Part shown: positions 16,892-26,178 of the stretch, in pieces
Layout: each line of letters begins with the position of its first letter
Numbering within the stretch: the stretch's first letter is position 1
IMG/VR virus record: IMGVR_UViG_3300020577_002484
Location: 12,858 to 76,857 of that record
Reading direction: 5' to 3' (one strand)
Source: a virus
Taxonomy: Duplodnaviria > Caudoviricetes
DNA length: 64,000 nucleotides
Position numbers and translations under genes: made by a program
Notes under the pieces: model-generated
The model's database searches: none
What the model was told of the DNA's origin: nothing
Seen by the model: the letters and a program-made list of their open reading frames with translations, nothing else

Positions 16892-18007
16892 TTAGCCATC
16901 AACCTTTTCGGTCGAGGCAGGAGCTTCAGCAGCAGGGGGAGCGTAGTGGCCCTTCACCCAATGGTGCTCTTTGTCCCACGCCGCCATGGTGGCCTTAACG
17001 TCACCACCTTCCTTGATGGTCTTCGCTTCGAGAGCGAACCGTTCAGCCTTGAGTTCGGCTTCCTTCAGTTGCTTCTCTTTGCGTTCCTTCTCGGAAGTGG
17101 TACGCTTCTCAGCGATCTTACGCTGCGATTCCTCGAACTTCTGCCGAGCGGTGGCAATCGAGTTCGGGTCTTGGTGCAGGCACCACAGCATGGCCAAACG
17201 CCAGCCAGCGATGGCGGAAGACTTGTCCGCGATCGAGGCATCCTGATCAACAAGCAGCTTTCCGATGTTCTGGGCTTCGGATTCTGACTTGATGTCGGTC
17301 ATCTTCTGGAGTTTGACCACCGGGGTGAACACTTCACCACCAGCAGCACGTCCAGCACGCTTGGCAGCGGTCAGTTCCTTACGGAACGTATTGGCCGCTT
17401 GCAGGAATTCCTCGGGGGAGAGGTTCTGGGCACGTTCAATGAACTGGCCCTGATTTTCTTCCGGCAGTTTCGCCAGAGCGTACGCATTGGTCAGCTTGAT
17501 CATGCCGCTATCGACAAGTTCAGCCGCCTCTTTCGAGAGCTTGGCCAAGCCAAGCATCTCACCGAACCAAGCGGACGATTTGCCCAACTTGGCAGCCAGA
17601 TCCCCGGACGTAAGGGTGGGGTTCTGGGCAAGGATGCGGACCAAGCTGCGAGCATACTCGGCGGGCTTGGTCTCTTTGCGTTGGACGTTGGTGATGATCT
17701 GGCTGATCATCGCTTCGTTGTCGTCCATCGCCTTGATGGTCGCGGGGATGGTATCAAGACCAGCCGCACGACTCGCCGTCAGTCGGTTCAGCCCATCAAC
17801 GAGGAAATACAGAGGCTCGTTGTTTTCGTTCAGGGCCGGGGTACCGTCACCCTCAAGGATCGGTCGGACCAGAACCGAGTTCAAGACACCCTTTTGGGCG
17901 ATAGAAGCGGTAAGCTCCTTGAAGTCAACCGATTCCGTTTCCACTTCGCGGAGGGCGACGGGATTTTCCTTGATCTGTGACAGCTTCAGTGTTGCGAGTT
18001 CGGACAT
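16892..18007 (-). CDS. ParB-like protein 2 (ParB N domain, HTH, long charged tail)
   Basis: I.ENP..LR...KELTASIAQKGVLNSVLVRP, LVDGLNRLTA, ITNVQRKE..PAEYA, LAAKLGKSSAW; true start at 18007. Confidence 0.85.
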   Translation of the reverse strand: MSELATLKLSQIKENPVALREVETESVDFKELTASIAQKGVLNSVLVRPILEGDGTPALNENNEPLYFLVDGLNRLTASRAAGLDTIPATIKAMDDNEAMISQIITNVQRKETKPAEYARSLVRILAQNPTLTSGDLAAKLGKSSAWFGEMLGLAKLSKEAAELVDSGMIKLTNAYALAKLPEENQGQFIERAQNLSPEEFLQAANTFRKELTAAKRAGRAAGGEVFTPVVKLQKMTDIKSESEAQNIGKLLVDQDASIADKSSAIAGWRLAMLWCLHQDPNSIATARQKFEESQRKIAEKRTTSEKERKEKQLKEAELKAERFALEAKTIKEGGDVKATMAAWDKEHHWVKGHYAPPAAEAPASTEKVDG

Positions 18008-18066
18008 AGTTTCTTTCTCGTAAGTTTGTGGTGTGGTACCTTTACCCACGCCTGTCGATTGGTTCC

Positions 18067-18136
18067 CGTACCAAAAGTACGCCAGTCGTACCAAAAGGTC
18101 GGGTCCGTACCAAAAAGCCGGGGTGCGTACCAAAAG
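18067..18136. repeat. Four iteron-like direct repeats CGTACCAAAA(A)G
   Basis: Copies start at 18067, 18087, 18106 and 18126 (19-20 bp period). Confidence 0.85.
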
Positions 18137-18410
18137 GACGCTCCAGCGATCGGACGGCGATAATTTTCCCCTGCAAAAGAGATTAGGATACTTGTCAAAA
18201 AAAATTTACTAATTTCGCCAAGTGACTGATTGGATTACTGTTTATCCCTTTTCTATTATTGCACTAGGGAAGGGAAATTTTCTCTATCTAGTGCGATAAA
18301 TAAAATGGGGTTGAGTGGTAAGTTAATCAGGGATCACTGGCAATTTTTGGCCAAAAGTATCCTAAGATCAAAAGTAGGGAGGTAAGGTAATCAGTCATGG
18401 TATCGAAAAA

Positions 18411-18448
18411 TGGTACGGCAGGTCGTACCACAATTGGTATCAATACCC
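18411..18448. promoter_or_regulatory. Palindromes upstream of the primase gene
   Basis: TGGTAC-GGCAGGTC-GTACCA at 18411-18430 and TGGTA-TCAA-TACCC at 18435-18448. Confidence 0.55.
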
Positions 18449-18461
18449 TAAGAGAGGATAA

Positions 18462-21191
18462 ATGGTCACACAAGTAGAAGCAATCAAGAATTTCCTAGTT
18501 ATGAAGACGCACTCGGACCTAGCGTCCATGTACAGTGAGTGTATGGAGGTACAGGTCAATGTGGCCGCGGATGATGGTACACGTATAGAGGATGTGTTCA
18601 AAGGACACAAGTGGCACGGTTACACGGATGGTATACAAACATGGAAGTCTTTCAGGATTCCTAGGAATGCGAAAACCAATCCTGAGTATGGTATGGATAC
18701 CACGATGGCATATGATCTTGTCAAGCATGCCGAAGGTATTGGTATGACAGGATGGGATTGGGTAAATAAGAAGTCACGTTGGGTCGCTTACGACTTCGAC
18801 GCTATGACAGGCCATAGCGAAAAGCATGATAAGAGACTTTCAGACAGTGACCTTGAGGCCATCAAGAATGCTGTCAGCAACATCCCGTGGGTAACAGTCC
18901 GAAAGAGTACAGGTGGTAAGGGTTTGCATCTGTATGTGTTTCTCGATGGTATTGATACCGAAAACCATTCTGAGCACGCTGCCCTCGCACGAGCGATCCT
19001 AGGTATGATCGTGGCACTCACAGGCTACGACTTCCAATCTAAGGTTGACATTTGCGGAGGTAATATGTGGGTGTGGCATCGCAAGATGTCCACAGCTAAC
19101 GATGGGTTGCAGCTTATCAAGTCTGGGGATGTCCTGAAAGATATTCCTATGAACTGGAGAGACCACATTAACGTGGTTTCTGGTAAGCGTAAGCGTGTTG
19201 TACCTGACTTTATCGCCAAAGAACAGTCCGAACTGGTCGAGAAAATGTTTGAGGAGCTGTCGGGCCAACGGTCCCGCACCTCATTGGACGAGACTCACCT
19301 CAAACTTATGTCTTACTTGAAGGACAACGGACACTACTGGACCTTTGATCAAGACAACAATATGTTGATCACGCACACATATAGCCTCAAGTGTGCCCAC
19401 ACTGATCTAGGCTTCAAAGGTGTCTTTGAGACTTTGGCCGAGGGGTCAGAGAAAGGGGTTGACAAGAACTGCTTCCTGTTCCCCATGCGTAATGGTGCAT
19501 GGTCCGTACGTAGATACAGTCCCGGTGTTGCGGAGGCACCAACGTGGGAGCAGGATGGTCAAGGATGGACCATGTCTTACTTCAATATTGATGCTGATCT
19601 GAAGACTGCTTCAAGATTCCACAATGGTCTCGAAGATGACGACGGATCATTTATCTTTCGCACCGCTGAGTCAGCGGCCAAAGCCGCATTGATGCTAGGG
19701 ATCAATGCCACGTTTGACCCGTTGCTTCGCGATCGAGAAGCTGCTTTGAAGGAGGGTAAAGACGGTCGCATCAGGTTTTCCATCAAATGTGATGACAATA
19801 TGGTGGCCTCTGATAAGATGTCTGGTTGGCTTCCCAAGAAGGGTAAAGTGCAGAAGTTATTCAAACCACGATCAGTCGCTAAGGTTGAGGCCGAAAGTGG
19901 TAACTACGATGAAGTGGTACGGCACCTTATCACAACAAGCCGCGAAGACTTTGGTTGGGTCTCTAAGAACAGTGATGGTTGGAACAATGAACCACTAAAT
20001 CACATCAGGATTTATCTTCAGTCTTTGAACCTTTCTCCTAATGATATTAACAGAATTCTTGGTAGTGCTATCATTAACTGCTGGACAGTTACTAACAAGC
20101 CCTTCCAACCTGAGTATCCAGGTGATAGGAAATGGAATAAGGAGGGTGCACAACTCAGATTCACGCCTAGCCAAAATGTCGATTCACTATCATATCCAAA
20201 TTGGTTATCTGTGTTGAAACATTGCGGTGCTGGATTGGATAGTGCTGTTAAGGAGAATGTGTGGTGCAAGGCCAATGGTATCCTGAATGGTGCTGACTAC
20301 CTCAAGTGTTGGGTAGCCAGTCTGTTGCAAAGACCACTTGAACCATTACCTTACCTGTTCTTGTATTCCTATGGACAAAACACTGGTAAGAGTATTTTCC
20401 ACGAGGCACTATCTTTATTGATCAATAGAGGTGTCGCTCGTGCGGATAATGCCCTTACTAATAACAGCTCCTTCAATGGTGAGTTGGCCAATGCTGTCCT
20501 TTGTGTGGTTGAAGAAACTGATCTGCAAAGGAACAAGTTGGCCTACAACAGAATTAAGGATTGGGTCACAGCCCGACAGATCCCTATCCATAGGAAGCAC
20601 GAAACCCCTATAACCATTGATAACACGACGCATTGGATTCAGTGTGCTAATGACGATGCCTACTGTCCAATCTTCCCCGGTGATACCAGAATCACTATGA
20701 TCAAGGTTGAACCATTATCACCTTTGGAAATGATTCCGAAGACAGAGTTACTTACTTTGTTGGAAAAGGAAGCTGCCGACTTCTTAGCTGAGGTGCTTAG
20801 TCTTGAGCTACCCAAGTCCAATGATCGTTTGGGTATCCCTGTCATTGAGACTCAAGAGAAGACTTCAGCAGCTATGGCCAACAGGTCAGAGTTGCAGACG
20901 TTTGTGGACGACTGTTGCTTTGAGGATATTGGAAATTCCATTACTTTCGCGGAGTTCGACGCTGCATTCAAGAAGTGGTTAGATCCTAATGAGGCTTACA
21001 AGTGGTCCAAGATTAAGGTTGGTAAGGAGATTGTCAAGTATTATTCCGGACAATATCCGAAAGGTAGGAGTACCAAGGATGGGACACATTGTATAGGTAA
21101 CATATCTCTCACTAAACCTGAGAAGGAAAGTGGGAAACCCAAGTATGTAGTGCATGACGACAAGTTGGTCCACTATACCCAAGGATCGTAA
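18462..21191 (+). CDS. Primase-polymerase (AEP-like) fused to an SF3/D5-like helicase
   Basis: AYDFD and STGGKGLHLY (AEP motifs I and II); C-terminal GQNTGKS Walker A, VVEE Walker B, IKDWVT. Confidence 0.8.
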   Translation: MVTQVEAIKNFLVMKTHSDLASMYSECMEVQVNVAADDGTRIEDVFKGHKWHGYTDGIQTWKSFRIPRNAKTNPEYGMDTTMAYDLVKHAEGIGMTGWDWVNKKSRWVAYDFDAMTGHSEKHDKRLSDSDLEAIKNAVSNIPWVTVRKSTGGKGLHLYVFLDGIDTENHSEHAALARAILGMIVALTGYDFQSKVDICGGNMWVWHRKMSTANDGLQLIKSGDVLKDIPMNWRDHINVVSGKRKRVVPDFIAKEQSELVEKMFEELSGQRSRTSLDETHLKLMSYLKDNGHYWTFDQDNNMLITHTYSLKCAHTDLGFKGVFETLAEGSEKGVDKNCFLFPMRNGAWSVRRYSPGVAEAPTWEQDGQGWTMSYFNIDADLKTASRFHNGLEDDDGSFIFRTAESAAKAALMLGINATFDPLLRDREAALKEGKDGRIRFSIKCDDNMVASDKMSGWLPKKGKVQKLFKPRSVAKVEAESGNYDEVVRHLITTSREDFGWVSKNSDGWNNEPLNHIRIYLQSLNLSPNDINRILGSAIINCWTVTNKPFQPEYPGDRKWNKEGAQLRFTPSQNVDSLSYPNWLSVLKHCGAGLDSAVKENVWCKANGILNGADYLKCWVASLLQRPLEPLPYLFLYSYGQNTGKSIFHEALSLLINRGVARADNALTNNSSFNGELANAVLCVVEETDLQRNKLAYNRIKDWVTARQIPIHRKHETPITIDNTTHWIQCANDDAYCPIFPGDTRITMIKVEPLSPLEMIPKTELLTLLEKEAADFLAEVLSLELPKSNDRLGIPVIETQEKTSAAMANRSELQTFVDDCCFEDIGNSITFAEFDAAFKKWLDPNEAYKWSKIKVGKEIVKYYSGQYPKGRSTKDGTHCIGNISLTKPEKESGKPKYVVHDDKLVHYTQGS

Positions 21192-21194
21192 CCT

Positions 21195-21404
21195 ATGGGA
21201 ATAGTAGAAACCTACAACCGACTAACAGACAAAGAAAAAGGTCTATTGCAGATTGGATTTGAGTCTGGATCAACACAAATTGTCATCTTCAAGGATGGTA
21301 GTTTCATCAGTGTCAACTTCGATCACAGAGATGGTTACATTGCCACCGAGTCCAAGAACCGTTGGACCGTGGGAGTAACTAACGAAAAAGAAAGTGTCTT
21401 ATGA
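21195..21404 (+). CDS. Hypothetical protein
   Basis: ORF of 69 aa coupled to its neighbours. Confidence 0.6.
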   Translation: MGIVETYNRLTDKEKGLLQIGFESGSTQIVIFKDGSFISVNFDHRDGYIATESKNRWTVGVTNEKESVL

Positions 21405-21976
21405 TTATTATCGGCTTTGGCCACAGGAAAAGAGTTGGTAAGGATACCGCTTGCAAGTTCCTCATGTCACACCTCAGGATGAATACTAAGGGTCTTGCAA
21501 TTGTCAAAGGTAACCTTGCCTACCCTTTGAAGCAAATCTGTTACATGGCCTATGGGTGGGCAGGACTGAATGGTCCAGAGTATTATGACACGGATGAAGG
21601 GGCTAAGTATAGAGAGGTCATTCTTCCCAAACTTGGCAAAACCCCTCGTCAGATCTGGATTGAGGTTGGTAACAAACTGCGAGACGTGTATGAGGACACA
21701 TGGATCGACTTAACCATCAACCAAAGTAATGCTGATGTACTTATCCTAGGGGACGTACGATACCCTAATGAGGTCAACACCATTAGAAGATATGGTGGTG
21801 AGGTCCACAAGATCGAACGTGATGCTGCTGAAGTCAGTCACGACGTTGCGGACACGGCCTTAAGGGACTATGAAGGTTGGGACAGTGTCTTGAAGAATAA
21901 TGGTGATCTCGGAGACTTCCACAAGGAAGTTTCCGCACTTGGTGACAAGATCATTTCTGGAATGAAAGGCATCTAA
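21401..21976 (+). CDS. Deoxynucleoside monophosphate kinase
   Basis: IIGFGHRKRVGKDT, PLKQ, TPRQIW..VG, DVRYPNE. Confidence 0.88.
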   Translation: MIIIGFGHRKRVGKDTACKFLMSHLRMNTKGLAIVKGNLAYPLKQICYMAYGWAGLNGPEYYDTDEGAKYREVILPKLGKTPRQIWIEVGNKLRDVYEDTWIDLTINQSNADVLILGDVRYPNEVNTIRRYGGEVHKIERDAAEVSHDVADTALRDYEGWDSVLKNNGDLGDFHKEVSALGDKIISGMKGI

Positions 21977-22851
21977 TGGCTAAGAGTCTCTTAGAACTGA
22001 TGATGGAATCAGAACACCTCGATGAAGTCTCTACTTCATCGAGAGTGGAGCCGGTACGGGGACCATTTCTCTGGCCCGGCAACAAATTCTCCTCCCTTGA
22101 GAATATCCTCCCTATGTTACCACACAGGGAAAGTTTCATTGATGTGTTTGGTGGCTCTGGTGCCGTTACCTTGAACAGGAAAGTTTCCAAGTTCCAAGTG
22201 TTCAACGATGCGAACTCTGGGGTTTGTGCATTCTTTCGTGTCTGCCGAGACAAGGATAAGTTGGAACAGTTGTGCGACATTATCAACCTCATGCCACATG
22301 CTCGTGAAGAGTTTATGCTTTGTAAGCGAACGTGGGAACAAGAGCTTGATGATGTGGTCAAGGCTGCCAAGTTCTACTATACTGTTCAGTGTTCCTTCCA
22401 TGGGGACATGAGAGTGTTTGGCAGAACCAGAACCGGCTCCACCATTATCTGGAAACGACTCAGAGACAAGTTACCTGAGTTCCAAAGGATAGCCAATGCG
22501 TTTCTCAGTATACAGATTGAGAATCTTGATTGGCGAGTCTGTTTGAAGGACTTCGATAGCAAGGATACAGTATTCTACCTTGATCCACCTTATGTGAACA
22601 AGAACTGCTACCATGATAAGATGACAGTTGACGATCATCATGAGATGTGTAGGAAGATCATGGGTATGAAGGGGTTCGTTGCCCTCTCAGGTTATGAAAA
22701 TGAAGTGTACGATCAGTACCAATGGGATCATGTCTACAGTTGGGAGATCCCTGACAGATTAAGTACACAGATGTACAACGACAACTTCGAGAGTAAGGAA
22801 AAAGGTCAAGTGCGTGGTGCGGCTAAGGAAGTCCTCTGGATCAAAGAATAG
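21976..22851 (+). CDS. Dam/D12-class DNA adenine methyltransferase
   Basis: WPGNK, FIDVFGGSGAV, FND, YLDPPY. Confidence 0.9.
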   Translation: MAKSLLELMMESEHLDEVSTSSRVEPVRGPFLWPGNKFSSLENILPMLPHRESFIDVFGGSGAVTLNRKVSKFQVFNDANSGVCAFFRVCRDKDKLEQLCDIINLMPHAREEFMLCKRTWEQELDDVVKAAKFYYTVQCSFHGDMRVFGRTRTGSTIIWKRLRDKLPEFQRIANAFLSIQIENLDWRVCLKDFDSKDTVFYLDPPYVNKNCYHDKMTVDDHHEMCRKIMGMKGFVALSGYENEVYDQYQWDHVYSWEIPDRLSTQMYNDNFESKEKGQVRGAAKEVLWIKE

Positions 22852-22862
22852 AAAGATTAACT

Positions 22863-23543
22863 ATGAGACACTTCAATGGTGATATACCATGTGTTGTGGA
22901 TACCGAAACTACAGGGTTCGACCCAAGAACCTTTGACATTGTTAGTATGTGCATTCTACCTTTGCACCCTGAAACTCTTGACATACACCCCAAGATTGGT
23001 GCCTTTGATATTCTCATCAAACCCAAGCGACCTGAGAATATTGACTTTGATGCTATCCGTATTCAAAGACAAAACAATCATATGGGTGATGCCGATGACA
23101 TTGTGTTTGTCAAGGAGTACATCGCGAAGATATGCAGAGAGGGTCTTGAGCCAGATTATGCCAAGACCCTGCTGTATGAGTGGTTCCAGTCATTGAAGCT
23201 CCGTCCGACGAAAAGGATTATTCCTATTGCCCACAACTGGCCATTCGATCGGGAGCACCTGATTGAATGGTTGGGTTACAATGGGTTTGGATTCATCTTC
23301 CAGCACCAATACCGTGATACAATGCCAATCACATTGTTCCTCAATGATGTGGCTGATTGGCACGGTAATGAATACCCTTTCCAACATCACAAACTTAATG
23401 CCTTGTGCAATGCTATGGGGATCAAGCGTGATAGGAAGCATACAGCTTTGGACGATTGTGTGGACACACAGAAACTTTACAAGGCTCTGGTCAAACGAGA
23501 AATCCCTCTCAAGGTGAATGTAATTGAACCACTCTCCAGGTGA
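22863..23543 (+). CDS. DEDDh 3'-5' exonuclease (DnaQ-like)
   Basis: VDTETTG, AHNWPFD, HTALDD. Confidence 0.88.
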   Translation: MRHFNGDIPCVVDTETTGFDPRTFDIVSMCILPLHPETLDIHPKIGAFDILIKPKRPENIDFDAIRIQRQNNHMGDADDIVFVKEYIAKICREGLEPDYAKTLLYEWFQSLKLRPTKRIIPIAHNWPFDREHLIEWLGYNGFGFIFQHQYRDTMPITLFLNDVADWHGNEYPFQHHKLNALCNAMGIKRDRKHTALDDCVDTQKLYKALVKREIPLKVNVIEPLSR

Positions 23544-23622
23544 TTTTTACATACTTTGTGGTGTGATCATGTTTGCTCTTGGTTTGATTGGTGTGTTCTT
23601 GGCCATGATCAGTAGGGATTAA
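23524..23622 (+). CDS. Possible 32-aa single-TM peptide, not in the ORF track
   Basis: TTG start after AAGGTG; LNHSPGDFYILCGVIMFALGLIGVFLAMISRD-stop. Confidence 0.35.
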   Translation: MNHSPGDFYILCGVIMFALGLIGVFLAMISRD

Positions 23623-23625
23623 GAC

Positions 23626-23665
23626 AAAAGCCCACAGATGGTACTAATACCATCTGTGGGCTTTT
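23626..23665. terminator. Bidirectional terminator between convergent operons
   Basis: Perfect 18-bp inverted repeat AAAAGCCCACAGATGGTA-CTAA-TACCATCTGTGGGCTTTT. Confidence 0.9.
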
Positions 23666-23668
23666 TTG

Positions 23669-23863
23669 TTACACCTCACGGACTAACACTTGATAACCAC
23701 CATGCACATTGAACTCTGCGGATTCTCCACCCTTCAGAGTCTTGACATAGTGTTTCTGATCTCCCCCGAAGTATGGTTTACCTTCGGTGGTCACAGGTTC
23801 AGCCTCAATCACTCTTTCACTTTCAGGAGACTCGTCATTCTTAACTATGATCCTGATCGTCAT
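23669..23863 (-). CDS. Hypothetical protein
   Basis: ORF of 64 aa, last gene of the late operon. Confidence 0.6.
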   Translation of the reverse strand: MTIRIIVKNDESPESERVIEAEPVTTEGKPYFGGDQKHYVKTLKGGESAEFNVHGGYQVLVREV

Positions 23864-24198
23864 TGGGCCACACTCTTTTGTTCGCCCGGATCTTCATCTT
23901 CAACCTGTTCAAGAACCTTGAACTGGAGGTCTCCCGGTTGGTGCGGAGCAATGGTATCAACCGGAGTGAAGCTCTGAACCTTGGGAAGCGATCTGTTTCC
24001 AGCCGCATCAACATCAACCAAGGTCACAGTGATCTTGGTATTCGCAGGGATCAGGAAGGATTGGGAAGGGGCCGTAGGGGTCAACTTGGTCGTGATAGGG
24101 TTTTCATCACCATCGACGGCGACCGAGAACTCACGCGACACAACGTCGCTATCAACAACCGGCGGGAGCAGGACTTGGACTTTCAATTTCGTACCCAT
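23860..24198 (-). CDS. Small Ig/FN3-like beta protein
   Basis: VTLVDVDAAGNRS..., VDTIAPHQP pattern; AGGAG RBS before the ATG at 24198. Confidence 0.6.
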   Translation of the reverse strand: MGTKLKVQVLLPPVVDSDVVSREFSVAVDGDENPITTKLTPTAPSQSFLIPANTKITVTLVDVDAAGNRSLPKVQSFTPVDTIAPHQPGDLQFKVLEQVEDEDPGEQKSVAQ

Positions 24199-24279
24199 CA
24201 GGGTATCTCCTATCATCATGTACATGTTATCAGGGCAACACGATGCTACCCTGCTTATTCCAAACTGTTTGGGCATAGT

Positions 24280-25308
24280 TCACACCAACGATCTCTTGGG
24301 CTTTGTGATTGGTCCAGAGTAGGACCAACGATTATTATAGAATCCCTTGTTGAAGTATTGCATATAATCAATCCTGCAACGGTAGATCGCACCAGTCTTT
24401 GGGTCTTGACTGAGACGACAGATCCCTCCCCCGACATGGGCATCTAATCCTTTCTTACGCATAAACACAGTCTGATCCTGAGTGCAACCTGTTTGAATGG
24501 TATGGACACCACGAATCAGATTATAGCTCAACTTATGATAGTGTCCAATGAGTAGGACTGCTGGTTTCTCCCCTCCTGAGAAACTCTCAACGATCTTCTG
24601 AGGCTTGTAGCTCATGGCATAGGCTGAGCCTCCACCGGGGTGCATGGAGAGGAGGAACTGCTTCTTCCTTGAATTGACATTGATCAAAGGTATGAAGGCT
24701 TCCATGTATCCTGTACATACCCAATCCTCTCTCCCCTCCTTGTACATCAAGTCTTCCAATCGACTCCCTACATCTATCCCTTGGTCGTGGGCCCACCATC
24801 CTTCGTGGTCATCACCAGTGATAGCGTAGGTAGTGATACCTTTTCTCTTAGGATAGTTATCGACACAGTATTTCAACTGTCCGTCTATACCGTGAGTATG
24901 AATATCATGCTTATTCAATCTGCACTCACCATCCACCCAATTTCCTTGGTGGTACACCCTAGTTACACCCTCAATCTCAAATACATCATACATGGTATTG
25001 AGAACGTCAAGTCTCTCATATTTACTTCCTAAGTGTGTATCCCCTAGGAAACCAAACGTAAAAGAGTTATCCTTGTCGCTGATGAAGGCATGTTCCTTGT
25101 CCACCTGGTTGACAGGTTTGACAGGTAGTTCCTTGGAGATAGAATACTTATCTCCATGCTTAACGAGCATGTAGCCCAATAATTTGATGTCCTTCAGAAT
25201 GTCTCTAACAGCTACCTTAGAAAGTTTGAACCTCTCCGAGAGACTAGAGATTGTCTGAGCTTTGGACCTCAGTGCGTTGATCAGTTGTTCCATCTGTACT
25301 TTCTCCAC
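24280..25308 (-). CDS. Winged-HTH plus calcineurin-like metallophosphoesterase
   Basis: GDTH, GNWVDG, GDDHE, MHPGGG, GHYH; N-terminal ISSLSERFKLS..AVRDIL HTH. Confidence 0.8.
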   Translation of the reverse strand: MEKVQMEQLINALRSKAQTISSLSERFKLSKVAVRDILKDIKLLGYMLVKHGDKYSISKELPVKPVNQVDKEHAFISDKDNSFTFGFLGDTHLGSKYERLDVLNTMYDVFEIEGVTRVYHQGNWVDGECRLNKHDIHTHGIDGQLKYCVDNYPKRKGITTYAITGDDHEGWWAHDQGIDVGSRLEDLMYKEGREDWVCTGYMEAFIPLINVNSRKKQFLLSMHPGGGSAYAMSYKPQKIVESFSGGEKPAVLLIGHYHKLSYNLIRGVHTIQTGCTQDQTVFMRKKGLDAHVGGGICRLSQDPKTGAIYRCRIDYMQYFNKGFYNNRWSYSGPITKPKRSLV

Positions 25309-25918
25309 TTTCTAAGTAGGGAGGAAGTTTTACCTTCTCATTGAATTTCCTACAGGGTTCCAACTCGATCTGGTCTCCAAGACAAGAGAAGTTAGAAACA
25401 TCAGCAGGTGTGGTAATAGATGGGTCGTTTCCGTTCTTGTAGCCAGCCTCAATCAAAGCTCTCGTAACGAGTTCCGAACAGTGTTGTCCATTAGGATCAC
25501 TGTCCATGGGCTTATTCAACAAATAACGAATGGTCTTGATAGTGAATGAACCAAGGACGAGGAACTGATACCAACTTGCGTAGGACTTGGACCAACGCTT
25601 CAGAGCATTGGCCGCAACATTGGTCCCAGCAATCCTTGAATCAGCAATAGATTGCCAGTAAACTTTTCCACCGTGCTTCCAATAGTCATTCTTGAGAACT
25701 TCGCTCAGTGGGGCCAAGCGAACACCCTTCATTGCGTGGGACTCCAAGATCGCAAGTCTATCAACATTTTCATCAGGGAACCTGATCCAAATGGCAATAC
25801 CAACATGGGTGATTGGACTTCTCGTTACAATTCGAATTACCTTACTGTAGAAGGCTGTGCCAGCACAAGTAAGAATATCACCAGTTCTGATCAGCTTCCT
25901 TGCATCAATGTATCTCAT
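25244..25918 (-). CDS. Permuted papain-like (YiiX/YaeF, C92) amidase
   Basis: TGDIL, SPITHVGI, later HCSELV (His precedes Cys). Confidence 0.75.
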   Translation of the reverse strand: MRYIDARKLIRTGDILTCAGTAFYSKVIRIVTRSPITHVGIAIWIRFPDENVDRLAILESHAMKGVRLAPLSEVLKNDYWKHGGKVYWQSIADSRIAGTNVAANALKRWSKSYASWYQFLVLGSFTIKTIRYLLNKPMDSDPNGQHCSELVTRALIEAGYKNGNDPSITTPADVSNFSCLGDQIELEPCRKFNEKVKLPPYLESGESTDGTTDQRTEVQSSDNL

Positions 25919-26178
25919 GCTTCTTTCCTCTCTTTACAACCTTCACAATCACTTGATGAGGTGATGTCTATGGACTTGAGTTTGCACCTTTGAAAGGCAC
26001 GTAGTTTATTGCAGGGTGTGGGTCTGAAAAACTCTTCACGGTATATGCAAGGTTCAAAGATGTAAATGAAGTGGTAAGGGTTCTGAGGATTAGCCTCATA
26101 CCCCGCTGGAGGATCTTGCTTCTTTCCATTGGCTGGAAGGACCAAGTCCCCATTCTCCAACTTAATGAATCTTGCCAT
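25915..26178 (-). CDS. Small Cys-containing hypothetical protein
   Basis: ORF of 87 aa with five Cys, coupled to its neighbours. Confidence 0.6.
   Translation of the reverse strand: MARFIKLENGDLVLPANGKKQDPPAGYEANPQNPYHFIYIFEPCIYREEFFRPTPCNKLRAFQRCKLKSIDITSSSDCEGCKERKEA

Noticed and set aside
16102-18023. Long plus-strand ORFs (16102-16845, 17399-17980, 17487-18023)
   Set aside because: Shadows of the GC3-biased minus-strand genes
21401-23543. Modified-base (for example dZ) biosynthesis cluster
   Set aside because: The kinase, methyltransferase and exonuclease are ordinary; no PurZ, HD dATPase, glycosyltransferase or hydroxymethylase was recognised
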